Shown one piece after another: positions 38,561 through 49,588 of a stretch of 64,000 bases of DNA; the stretch's first letter is position 1; every line of letters starts with the position of its first letter. Source of the stretch: Chiloscyllium plagiosum (Eukaryota); contig NC_057728.1 in assembly GCF_004010195.1 (NCBI RefSeq), forward strand, positions 53,011,723-53,075,722, read 5' to 3'. A program made the translations under genes and the position numbers. The notes under the pieces were generated by a model. That model made no database searches, was not told where the DNA came from, and was given only the letters and a program-made list of their open reading frames with translations.

Positions 38561-40610
38561 AATAACTGTTTACATTGATGGTGTGTTCATGTACAACAGC
38601 TCACTGACTTCTGGTAAGTGTGAAAAGAAGCAACAAGGCATGGGTGAGGTGAGAAGCTCTTGTATTCAGCTCACACACATGATGGGCCAAATGGCTTTCT
38701 TTTGGTCTACAATCATTCCAATGTTTCTTTAGTATGATTCCAATTGCCTAAAGTTATGGATATTATTATGCTTAGTAAGAAGACATTACATGACCACTTT
38801 CAGTCTATAATTTTGAAAGTTGAGTACATACAGGCTATTAAAATGGCTGCTGCAAGTCATGTGGCCTTTGGCACTTCAACCAGAGTAAATAATTTCTTTG
38901 TCTTCCTCGGCAGTTCCTCGGGACCAAGGACGGCATTCCCCCACACCAACGTTGGGTCAAAGTTGATTTCAAGTAAATGTGGGCTTTCTCAGCCACCTTG
39001 GAAATTCACACATCTCTTTATTTAAGAATAGGCCAGCACAAAGTAACTATGGAGTTTCCAGGCTGCCTGTCTTCATGTTTCGTATTGGACAAAATGGCAA
39101 AATGAAACTCAGTTTGTGGCAAACAGAACAAAATGGTCACAATCAAGATCCATTATAACATGTTGGCTTTCCTCATAGAACATGGACTGACTGTACTTCA
39201 GAAATGCTGGCCAACCACACAGCATCAACAACACCCTCATTCCAAAAAAGACCCTGAATTTACAAAAGCCACTTGAGAACAACCATATATTTCTTTGTCA
39301 GCTGTTTGTAGACAGTTCCACCAAAATCATCAGAAAACCCAGCTCAGTTAGTTTATGAGCCAGACTTAGAGCAAGCTGTGAGACATCTGGCATCCAGAGT
39401 ATGGAACCAGTTCTGATTTAAAGGACTCCTGAGAACCAACCTCGTAGCTATTTGACTTCGATAGACTTCACAACTTGCTGTGAACACTTTGCTTTATGAG
39501 ACCCTCCCTTAAATTTTAGATCATTAAATCTGTTTAAAGGACCATAGAGCTGCCACATGGGAGACCAGAGATCATAAATCAGAGACTAAGATAACTATAA
39601 TCTTTTATCTATATCAAATCTTTGTACCTGTGGGTGCCTGAGTGCATGTCTTGTTGTGTTTAGTTCTGGGTAAGCGTGTGATAATAAATGATCTTTTCTA
39701 TTCTTAAATGCACAAAAGCTTGCTGCTGAATTGTTTAATTGGATTTCAGACTCAAACACACAGCTCTTTCTACATAAAACACACACACAGCAGTAAGAGA
39801 GCATATACATTCTGTTCAGGATAAAACTTTCAGCATATTGATATGGCATTACTCCAGGCCTCCTAACGTGGTTGTAACTAAAAATACCCCAGGAGTATTC
39901 AATGAGGGGGAACATCTAGACTGATATTTACCCCTCAACCAGCATCACGAAAAGCAATAGGTCTGGTGATTTATTCTGCTGGCATTAAGTGGTATTTTCC
40001 TATATTGTATTGACTGTGGTTTGATTGGCTGTAACAGGCTTTGGGGTATGCTGAGGTGGTAAAATTTGCTGAGTAAGTTCAAGGCTTTCATTCATAATGA
40101 AACATGGGTTTGAGTCAGAAAGCAAGGTGTGGCCCACACAGTTGGAGACATTAGATCAGCAAAAGGCTGGTGCACACGCCTGGAATCTGGAGCATGAGCT
40201 GGGCTTGATGTCTGCCTATCCCTAATCTGCAGACTCGACTCCAGCATTGTGGTTTGTGATGAGATTGGCAAGGTATCTCAAAAAACAAAGATATTTTTAT
40301 TTTACTTAACCTCTGCATTATGACACAAGGTGGTTTGATAAAACCACCACTTTTGGTTACTTAACAAAGGAATTTTATCAATGCTGTTGAAGAAGGGGGC
40401 TTAGCTCCAATGTGAAAACACTTCATGTATCCCTACTCCTTGCTTCAGGTGGGATCCTCACATCGAATATTGATAGGAGGCTTCACATCTAAAATCTCCC
40501 AGGATTTCTGACAATCTGGTGCAGCCGTCATTTACCGTCTGTTACCCCCCCGGTGCTAATTGGGAAATCACAGGCACATCACTAGCCCTCACTCAGCTGA
40601 TAGGTTCTCA

Positions 40611-41334
40611 CTCTCTGGATTAGTGGTGCTGGAAGAGCACAGCAGTTCAGGCAGCATCCGAGGAGCAGTAAAATCGATGTTTCGGGCAAAAGCCCTTAAT
40701 CAGGAATAAAGGCAGAGAGCCTGAAGCATGGAGAGATAAGGGGGAAATGAGGAAACTGTTGAAGTCCACATTGATGCCCTGGGGTTGAAGTGTTCCGAGG
40801 CGAACAATGAGGCGTTCTTCCGCCAGGCGTCTGGTGGTGAGGGAGCGGTGGTGAAGGAGACACAGGACCTCCATGTCCTCGGCAGAATGGGAGGGGAGTT
40901 GAAGTGTTGGGCCACAGGGCGGTGTGGTTGATTGGTGTGGGTGTCCTGGAGATGTTCCCTAAAGCGCTCTGCTAGGAGGCGTCCAGTCTCTCCAATGTAG
41001 AGGAGACCACATCGGGAGCAACAGATACAATAAATGATATTAGTGGATGTGCAGATAGAACTTTGAAGTATGTGGAAGGCTCCTTTAGGGCCTTGGATGG
41101 AGGTGAGGGAGGAGGTGTGGGCGCAGGTTTTGCAGTTCCTGCGGTGGCAGGAGAAGATGCCAGGATGGGAGGGTGGGTTGTTGGGGTACGTGGATCTGAC
41201 CAGGTAGTCACGGAGGGAATGGTCTTTGCGGAAGGCGGAAAGGGATGAGGAGGGAAATATATCCCTGGTGGTGGGGTCTGTTTGGAGGTAGTGGAAATGT
41301 CGGCTTTTCCAGCATCTGGAGTCATTGCTTTTAC
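40611..41334 (-). mobile_element. Penelope-like element, 5'-truncated, GIY-YIG endonuclease pseudogene plus pLTR
   Basis: Minus-strand frame reads CHRRNCKTCAH..CTSTNIIYCICCSRCGLLYIGETGRLLAERFREH..VAQHFNSP(frameshift)..RLGTLQPQGIN; 14-bp TSD CTGATAGGTTCTCA at 40597-40610 and 41335-41348; inverted 3' tail at about 41308-41334. Confidence 0.95.
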
Positions 41335-41430
41335 CTGATAGGTTCTCATTGTCAAGTGAGAAAGTAAGGGTTTCAAGTTGTTAGCTTGAATATAACAGTA
41401 AAATCAATGTTTTGGGCAAAAGCCCTTTGT

Positions 41431-41730
41431 GGGCGGCACGGTGGCCCAGCAGTTAGCACTGCTGCCTCACAGCGCCAGAGACCCGGGTTCAATTCCCGCC
41501 TCAGGCGACTGACTGTGTGGAGTTTGCACGTTCTCCCCATGTCTGTGTGGGTTTCCTCCGGGTGCTCCGGTTTCCTCCCACAGTCCAAAGATGTGTAGGT
41601 CAGGTGACTAAATTGCCCATAGTGTTAGGTAAGGGGTAAATGTAGGGGTATGGGTGGGTGGCGGATCAGTGTGGACTTGTTGGGCCGAAGGGCCTGTTTC
41701 CACACTGTAATCTAATCTAATCTAATCTAA
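41431..41730 (+). mobile_element. HE1-type SINE, full length
   Basis: GGGCGGCACGGTGGCCCAGCAGTTAGCACTGCTGCC..GGGTTCAATTCCCGCC..CCACACTG(TAATC)n. Confidence 0.94.
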
Positions 41731-42173
41731 AATAACACCAGCTCCACCACTGTCTGAGAAATCTCTGCTCATCCAATTCTGGCCTGTTGCAAAATCATAA
41801 TTCTAATTATCTGGTTTTGTTGGGCCTTAAGATCTGGAGATTCTGCCTTAAACCTCTATACTTTTCTATCCTGCCTGGACCCTTTAAAATTCTCCTGAAA
41901 GCCTCTCTGTTTGACTTTTGATAATTGCTCTGTTGTCTTATTATGTTGATTAGTATCAAACTTTGTGTGATATGTGCCTGGGAAGTATCTAGGGAGTGAT
42001 TCCTATGAGGTAAAAACAATGACTGCAGATGCTGGAAACCTCTGCCCTCAGACCCCACCCCTCCAACCATAACAAGGACAGAACGCCCCTGGTGCTCACC
42101 TTCCACCCTACCAACCTTCGCATAAACCAAATCATCCGCCGACATTTCCGCCACCTCCAAACAGACCCCACCA

Positions 42174-42564
42174 NNNNNNNNNNNNNNNNNNNNNNNNNNN
42201 NNNNNNNNNNNNNNNNNNNNNNNNNNNNNNNNNNNNNNNNNNNNNNNNNNNNNNNNNNNNNNNNNNNNNNNNNNNNNNNNNNNNNNNNNNNNNNNNNNNN
42301 NNNNNNNNNNNNNNNNNNNNNNNNNNNNNNNNNNNNNNNNNNNNNNNNNNNNNNNNNNNNNNNNNNNNNNNNNNNNNNNNNNNNNNNNNNNNNNNNNNNN
42401 NNNNNNNNNNNNNNNNNNNNNNNNNNNNNNNNNNNNNNNNNNNNNNNNNNNNNNNNNNNNNNNNNNNNNNNNNNNNNNNNNNNNNNNNNNNNNNNNNNNN
42501 NNNNNNNNNNNNNNNNNNNNNNNNNNNNNNNNNNNNNNNNNNNNNNNNNNNNNNNNNNNNNNNN
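42174..42564. other. Assembly gap (391 N)
   Basis: Run of N. Confidence 1.
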
Positions 42565-42743
42565 CTTGTCTGGACTTGTCCTACCTGCCTATCTCCTTTT
42601 CCACCTATCCACTCCACTCTCTCCTCCCTGACCTATCACCTTCATCCCCTCCCTCACTCACCCATTGTACTCTATGCTATTTCTCCCCAACCCCACCCTC
42701 CTCTAGCTTATCTCTCCATGCTTCAGGCTCACTGCCTTTATTC

Positions 42744-42771
42744 CTGATGAAGGGCTTTTGCCTGAAACGTC
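42744..42771 (+). ncRNA. Minimal type I hammerhead ribozyme motif in PLE pLTR
   Basis: CTGATGA-A-GGGC-TTTT-GCCT-GAAAC-GTC: both conserved core boxes, helix II, palindromic ACGT helix III, GUC triplet. Confidence 0.75.
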
Positions 42772-43029
42772 GATTTCGAAGTTCCTTGGATGCTGCCTGA
42801 ACTGCTGTGCTCTTCCAGCACCACTAATCCAGTGATTCCTATTGTCAAGGCACTATATACATGTAAGTTGTTGTTGAAGATATTGTGTTTCTTTTCAAGC
42901 TTTCAGCTTTTAATCTTTATCTTTTCTGATTTTGACATCACACCATCTCGAGTATATACATGCCACTTAATTTGCCAAGCATCAAAGAAAGTCCATTAAC
43001 TAAGCTGAGTAACAATCAATTTACATAAC

Positions 43030-43485
43030 AAAGGATCTTGCATTTCTATAGCACCCGTCACCAGCTCACAACATCCCAAAGTCATGCGCCCCCAGTGGAG
43101 TACTTTTGAAGCATGGTCACTGTTTTGCTGCAGCAAACATGGCAGAACACATGTGCGCAGCAGGATCCCACAAACCAGAATGTGGTCATAACCAGCTAAT
43201 CAGTTTTGCTTTTCAGTGACGTCGGTTTAGGGGCACATATAGGCCTAGGACACAAAGTGGAGTTTCTACTCTCATCTTTGAAACATTACTGTGGGATCTT
43301 TCAAGCCCATTTGAGAAGTCAGACAAGGTTGCTCCTCAATGATTTGTCTGAAATGACACCTACTCAAACAGGAATGCAGCACTGCCTCACTGACAACACC
43401 AGCTCTAGATGTTGTGCTCAAGTTGCTGGAGTGGGGCTTGAACCCATGACCTCCAGTATCAGAGAGAATCACCCACTGAGGCCAC
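43030..43485 (-). mobile_element. Deu-domain SINE, near full length
   Basis: Minus strand: B box GGGTTCAAGCCCCACTCCAG, Deu-like GTCATTTCAGACAAATCATTGAGGAGC..AAAGATCCCACAG, L2-like tail CTATAGAAATGCAAG. Confidence 0.7.
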
Positions 43486-43959
43486 AACCCACATCACAGT
43501 CCAAACTTCCCATGACCTTTTCTTCACCGCCATGCCCGCTGTGCAGAATGCTTCTTATTTGGACCTTCTTATTGTCACGAGAGATTGTTCCACAAGGTGT
43601 GAAAAAAAGAAATCCCATAACCTTTCTTTCGAGAGCAAAGCTGACTTCACAAAGAGACTGGCAGCCAGTGGCAGATGGAGACTGTGAGACACTTTAACCC
43701 TTTGCATGCTCCCTTTTCCTTGCACAGTCAGACAAGCAACAAAAGTGCCCACGCTATACTTTAGAAAAGTGGGAGGTGACATCAGGAGCTAATGGCTTAT
43801 GTCTTCCCAGCAACTGGATTGTTCTGTACAAAGGCAGCCTCTCAGTTCATGTTCATTTGTGTTGCATTGAGTGCTTTACAAAACTAAGGCCGTACATATC
43901 AATGGGGGAAACTTTGTATTCTCTTCCCTCATATTTGTATTAATTTCCCTTCAGGCAAT

Positions 43960-44305
43960 TCTTTGATTTAAAATCCTTGTTTTTAAATCCTCCCTGTAGT
44001 CTCATCCCTCCCAAAGTGTAACCTCCTCTTCATTGACCTGTCTGGCATCCCTGTGCTCCTCCAATTCTAGTCCTTTATGATTTTAATCACTTCACCGTTG
44101 GCAGTCTATGCCCTACACTCTGAAAATCCCTCTTTAAGCCTCTGTTTCTCCACCCTTCTTTCCTCTTTTAAGTGGATCCTTAAAACTGATTTCTTTAACT
44201 ATGCTTAGGGTCACTTGTCTCAATATCTCTTTGCAGAGTTCAGTGCACAACATTGTTTGATAATGTATTTCTGAGGTGCTTTGGGACTGTTGGCCATGTT
44301 AAAGT
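43960..44305 (+). mobile_element. L2 3' remnant
   Basis: TTTAAAATCCTTG..CTGTGCTCCTCCAATTCTAG..GAGGTGCTTTGGGAC. Confidence 0.6.
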
Positions 44306-44483
44306 GTTGCAGCACAGGAGAACGTCATCATGTCCATGTTGGCATGCCTAAGGCACCATACATATACTGCCCTTCCCCAAGCACCTTTACTTCAGGATTT
44401 TAAAGAAATCATTTATGTAGTTGTCAGCAGTGTCCATTCTTATTTGTCCAGAGGGCAGTTGTGAGTTGCCCCACTGTTTTTAT

Positions 44484-44698
44484 TAGAGTGTTGCTGGAAA
44501 AGCACAGCAGGTCAGGCAGCATCCGAGGAGCAGGAAAATTGACGTTTCGGGCAAAAGCCCTTCATCAGGAATCTGATGAAGGGCTTTTGCCTGAGACAAC
44601 AATTTTCCTGCTCCTCGGATGCTGCCTGACCTGCTGTGCTTTTCCAGCACCACTCTAATCTGGACCCTGATTTCCAGCATCTGCAGTCCTCACTTTTG
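44484..44698. mobile_element. Palindromic PLE-derived insertion (family 1) with two divergently oriented hammerhead motifs
   Basis: TSD CCCACTGTTTTTAT at 44470-44483 and 44699-44712; arms about 44482-44568 and 44573-44660 around a 4-nt loop GAAT. Confidence 0.93.
44541..44568 (-). ncRNA. Minimal hammerhead ribozyme motif, intact core
   Basis: Minus strand CTGATGA-A-GGGC-TTTT-GCCC-GAAAC-GTC. Confidence 0.75.
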
Positions 44699-46127
44699 CC
44701 CACTGTTTTTATGTCTAAAGTCACATATAAGCCAGACCAGGCAAGAACAATAGATTCCTTTTCAAAAGGGCATTCATGAACAAGATGTGTATTAGCAACT
44801 GACACTGGTCACGTGGTCACTATTAGGCTGGCCTTACTTTTAAACTGAATTGAAGTTTCACCATCTTCCATATTGGATTTCAACCCCATGTCCTTAAAAC
44901 ATTGACCTGGTGTTCTGGATGATGAGCCAAAAGACATTACCACGATGTCATCATTTCCCTTGAATTTACAGATTGTTTGATAGATTTAGGTAGATCAGAC
45001 AACCATATTTGAATAGATATTTAGAATTTTCTTCATATGAGATGTTAAACCGTGGCCTAATCCGTCCTCTCAGGCAGACATGAAAGGTTTCATGGCTCCT
45101 TAGAGCTCGCTACTGCAGAAAGTTGTTGAGATGAACCACATTGCTGAGGGAAGGTGAAATAAATACATGCTGGAGAAAGGAATGGAATGCCATGTTGATA
45201 TAGCTGGATGAAGTAGATAGAGGGAAGGCTTGTGTGGAATGTAGATCAGTTGAGCTAAGTGGCCTGATTTCTTTGCTGCATGATCTGAGTAGTTCTACGT
45301 AAAAGGGTTCACTATGCCACTGAAAGCATCTTTGGATATAAAAGAGTAATAATGAAAAGTTTCCCGCGCCATAATTTTGAATAGAAATAATAGGTTGAGT
45401 TACTGCCATTTATTATCCATCACACATGCAAATAAACTCAATGGCAATCTTATTAAAGGTCAGTACGTTAATACTGGCATAATATCAGTTATTTTGACAG
45501 TCACAGGACGAGTAATAACTTGTGTTCAACTAAGAGATAAATACTTAGTGAAATATGGAATGATGATTGTCTAGTTTATGTTTAGTGAGCCACTTTGAAG
45601 GATTTGCATCCCTTGACATGGCATCCAATGACATCATTGGATGTGAATTATTAATGCTAACCTTCTGAGTGTTCCCTGCTCTCTGCTACTAAGTGGATGA
45701 CTTCATGCAATTTAATATGGCTCTAGGAAGACAGTGAATGAATGGATTTTGTTGTTTGCAATTCCATTACTCAATTTATCTCACTTTTCAGAAGTAATTA
45801 TAAGTGCTTTCCTTTCATGTAATCCCTTATTAAGTGGCGTCGCTTGCAACCTTCTGAGTCCCCTGTGCCTGGACGAAATAGCTCATGGGTTTACAAATGT
45901 AATAGAAATTCCCAGTTGCAGAGACTTTCATTCACCTCTACAGTTCCCCAAACTACTAATGAATACATATGTTATAACTCTTTAAAAAGTAAAAAGTAAA
46001 CAAACCTATTTTAGGGGATCTGTAACTGTGAGGAGACCAGCACAGTAATGATTGTAAATGTCATGCTGCAAGATCTGACTGGGTTGGTTATACATCATGG
46101 TTTAGCTTCATTTCATACACATCCCAT

Positions 46128-46468
46128 GGATGAGGTAGCGGTGTATTGGTAATGTGACTGGACAAGCAATCCAGAACATAAAGCTAATGTTTTTGAGACA
46201 TTGATTTGAATCCCACGGTGACAGATGGAGAAATTTGAATTCAATGAATATCTGGGATTAAAAGCTAGCCTAATAATGACCATGCAACCATTGTTGACTG
46301 TTGTAAAAACACATCTGATTCCCAAGTGCACTTCAGGGAAGGAATCCCACTGTCCTACCTGGTCTGGCCTATTTGTGATTCCAAACCCACAGCACTATAA
46401 TTGATACTTCACTGCCCTCTGAGATGGCATAGCAAATCAATTAGTTGTAGCAAAAAAAAAATTAAAAA
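46128..46468 (+). mobile_element. SINE family B
   Basis: TTGGTAATGTGACTGGAC..TTTGAATCCCAC..CAGGGAAGGAATC..CCTGGTCTGGCCTA..CTGCCCTCTGAGATGG. Confidence 0.78.
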
Positions 46469-46486
46469 GATTAAACCAGAATGGGA

Positions 46487-46955
46487 ATAGAATGCACACA
46501 GTGTGGAATCAGGCCATTCGGCCCAACAAATCCACACTGACCCTCTGAAGAGTAACCCACCCAAACGCATTCCCCTACCCTATATTTACCCCTGACTAAT
46601 GCCTGATGAAGGGCTTTTGCCCAAAACGTCGATTTTCTTGCTCCTCGGATGCTGCTTGACCTGCTGTGCTTTTCAAGCACCACTCTAATCTTGACTCTGA
46701 TATCCAGCATCTGCAGTCCTCACTTTTGCCTAATGCACCTAACCTACATATCCCTGAACACTATGGGCAACTTAGCATGGCCAATTCACCTAACCTGCAC
46801 ATCTTGGGATTGTGGGAGGAAACCAGAGCACCTGAAGGAAACCTATGTACAGACACAGGGAGAATGTGCAAACTCCACACAGACAGTCACCCAAGGCTGG
46901 AATTGAACCTGCCATCCCTGGCACTGTGAGGCACCACTGAATCACTGTGCCACCC
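46487..46955 (-). mobile_element. HE1-type SINE interrupted by a PLE pLTR
   Basis: HE1 motifs CAGTGTGGAATCAGGCCATTCGGCCC and GCAAACTCCACACAGACAGTC flank the insert. Confidence 0.9.
46603..46729 (+). mobile_element. 127-bp PLE pLTR starting at the hammerhead core
   Basis: TSD CTAATGC at 46596-46602 and 46730-46736; insert begins CTGATGAAGGGCTTTTGCCCAAAACGTC. Confidence 0.9.
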
Positions 46956-47886
46956 GCAAGGGCCCAAAAGCCAGAAGATTGGGAAAGTTTTAGAAACCAA
47001 GAAAATTTGACCGAAAAGGTAATAACAAGAAGGAGAAGATAGGCTTTGAGGGCAAACATGCAAGTAATATCAATATCCCCAGTTTACCATTACCATCAAA
47101 CTGGAAAATGGAACCTGGTTCAATGGAGAGGGCAAGATAGTATGCTAGGAACAGCACCAGGCATACCTAAAAGTGAGATGTCTATAACACAGAGCAAGTA
47201 ATGTGTTAATGTGGAGGCAGAAGGCACTAGGTTGGCTAAATGATCTCACAACCAACAGCTCATTCCCGCAATCGTGCCACAGCCTGTTGTATATAGTGGT
47301 GGGTAATTAAACAACAAACAAGAGGAAGAGTCTCTACAAGTATCACTACTCTTCATGATGGGGGAACCCAGATCATCAGTGCAAAGGGCAGAGCTGATGT
47401 ACTTGCAGGCATTCATCTTTGCCTTCTCTTGAGATTCCCAGCACATCAGAGATGCCAATCTTCAACAAATTTGATTCACTACATGTGATATCAAGAAATG
47501 GCTAAAGACACTGGATTCTGCAAAGGCTATGGTTCCTGACAACATTCTGGCAAATGAAGTCATGTGTTCCAAAACTTGCTGCACTCCAAATCAAGCTGTC
47601 CCTGTAGGGTTGCAACACTGGCACCTACTTGACAACCTGACTAATTGCTTTGCCCTTATGCAAAAACAGCTGAACAAATCCAACCCTGACCATTACCACC
47701 CTAACAGTCTACTCTTGATCATAATCAAGTGACGGAAAGAATTGTTGACGATATTATCAAGTGTCATTTGCAAAGGAATAGCCTGGTCATCAATGTTCAG
47801 TTTAGTTGCTGCCAGCGCCGTTTGGCACCTGACCTCACTGCAGTCTTAGTCCAAATGTGAACAAAAGAGCTGAACTCCAGATGTGA

Positions 47887-48418
47887 AACTCAAAAACATA
47901 GAAACTAGGAGCAGGAGTAGGATATTTGGTCTTTTGAACTTGTTCCACTATTCAATATGATCTTGGCTGATCCACTATCTCAATGCATATTCCTGCTTTC
48001 TCCCCATACCCTTTGATGTCTTTAAAATCTAAATGTTTATTTATCTCTTTCTTCATTGATTGGGTCTCCACAACTTTCTGTGGTAGAGAATTCTACAGGT
48101 TCACCACCGCTGAGTGAAGATTTGCTTCCCATCTCGGTCCTAAATGGCCTATGCCATATCCCAAAATTGTGATCCCTGATTCTCGACTCCACAACCAGCA
48201 AAAACATCCTCCCTGCATCCAGTCTGTCTCTTCCCTGTTAGATGTTTATACATTTCAATAAGATCCTCTGTCCTCCTTCTAAACTCTAGTGAATATACGC
48301 CCAGTTGAACCAATCTGTCTCCTCCGAGAGTCCTGCCATTCCTGCATCAGCCTCGGGAACCTCTGCTGCACTCCCTCAATGTGAAGCATATCCTTTGTTA
48401 GATAGGGATATAGTTGGG
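47887..48418 (-). mobile_element. CR1 LINE 3' end nested in family B LINE
   Basis: CATAGAAACTAGGAGCAGGAGTAGG..GAGTGAAGA..CCTTCTAAACTCTAGTGAATA; host reads GCTGAACTCCAGATGTGA then resumes GAGGTGAGACTGACTG. Confidence 0.8.
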
Positions 48419-49374
48419 GAGGTGAGACTGACTGTCCTTGACTTCAAGACATCACGTAACATCACATAACTGGCATCAATAAAACTGGAATCATTTGGAT
48501 TCCATAGAAAACTCTCCACTGGGTGAAGTCTTACCTTATTGCAAAGTATGATGGTTTGAGATTGTTGGAGGTCAAACATCCAGAGATATCTTTGCAGGAG
48601 CTTCTCAGGGTAGTGTCCTCGACCTAACCATCTTCAGCTGCTTCATCACTGATACTCCCCCCATTATAAGGTCAGAAATGGAGGTGTTCACTGATGATTG
48701 CACAATGTTCAGCATCATCGACAGCTCCTCAGATTCTGAAACAGTTCATGTCCAAATGGAACAGGACATGGAAAAAATCCAAGCTTGGACTGACACATGG
48801 CACACAAATGTCAGGCGATGACCATCTCCAACAAGAGAGAATCTAAGTGTCGTTTGTTGTTAGTCAATGATGTTACCATCACTGAATCCTCGACTATCAA
48901 CAATCTGGGGATTACCATTGACCAGAAAAAGAACTAGGCCATCCATGTAAATACAGTGGCTACAAGAACAAATCAGAGCTGGGAATCCTGTAGTGAGTAA
49001 CTCAGCTCTTGATTCACCAAAACCTGTTCACCACCTACAAGGCACAAGTCAAGATTAGGATGGAATTCTCTCCATTTCCCTCCAAAAACACTCAAAGAAG
49101 CTTGACAAAGCAGCCTGCTTGATTGACACCCCATTTACCAGCTCAAACATTTTGTTTCTCCTTCATTGAGGTATGATAGCCATAACATGTACCATCTATA
49201 AGATGCAGTAAGGTAACTCAAAATGTTTCCTTTGACAACATCTTCCAAACCCATAACCTCTACCACCTTGGAGGATAAGGACTGGAAATGGGAATATCAC
49301 CTCCTGCAAGTTCTCCATAAGCTACACACCACCCCGATTTGGAGATATATCACTATTCCTGTGACTGAATCTCT

Positions 49375-49588
49375 AACAGCAAGAAGTGAAAGTTACCATA
49401 GATGCAGAGGACCATAAGCTGCTCTTTCTTTAGATGGAGGGAGACAGAGCGAGAGAGAACTGATAATGAGTTTAACCTGAGGGTCACCACACCTCAGGTG
49501 AGAGGTTGTGGTTGAGAAGACAGGATCTTCACAATCACTTCAACCAGTACCACAATTGAACCCACACCATTTGTGTCACTCAGCTAAG
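49375..49588 (-). mobile_element. Additional tRNA-derived SINE family nested in the LINE tail
   Basis: Minus strand GTGTGGGTTCAATT (B box), CCTGAGGTGTGGTGACCCTCAGG hairpin, tail CTATGGTAACTTTCACTT. Confidence 0.5.

Larger units (their letters stand above)
42007..42830 (+). mobile_element. Penelope-like element (contains the assembly gap) with hammerhead-bearing pLTR
   Basis: KDRTPLVLTFHPTNLRINQIIRRHFRHLQTDPT overlaps the copy at 41.3 kb; 12-bp TSD AGTGATTCCTAT at 41995-42006 and 42831-42842; inverted tail GGTAAAAACAATGACTGCAGATGCTGG at the 5' end; inserted in an L2 tail. Confidence 0.92.
44405..44960 (-). mobile_element. SINE family B hosting a palindromic PLE insertion
   Basis: CAGAGGGCAGTT..[insert]..AGTCACATATAAGCCAGACCAGG..GACATTACCAC. 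Confidence 0.7.

Noticed and set aside
42029-42631. 200-aa and 161-aa ORFs
   Set aside because: Artefacts of translating through the N gap inside a PLE
41349-42849. TTGTCAAG next to both long PLE copies as a target motif
   Set aside because: Not seen at the other TSD-defined insertions, and the two elements have opposite orientation; likely chance
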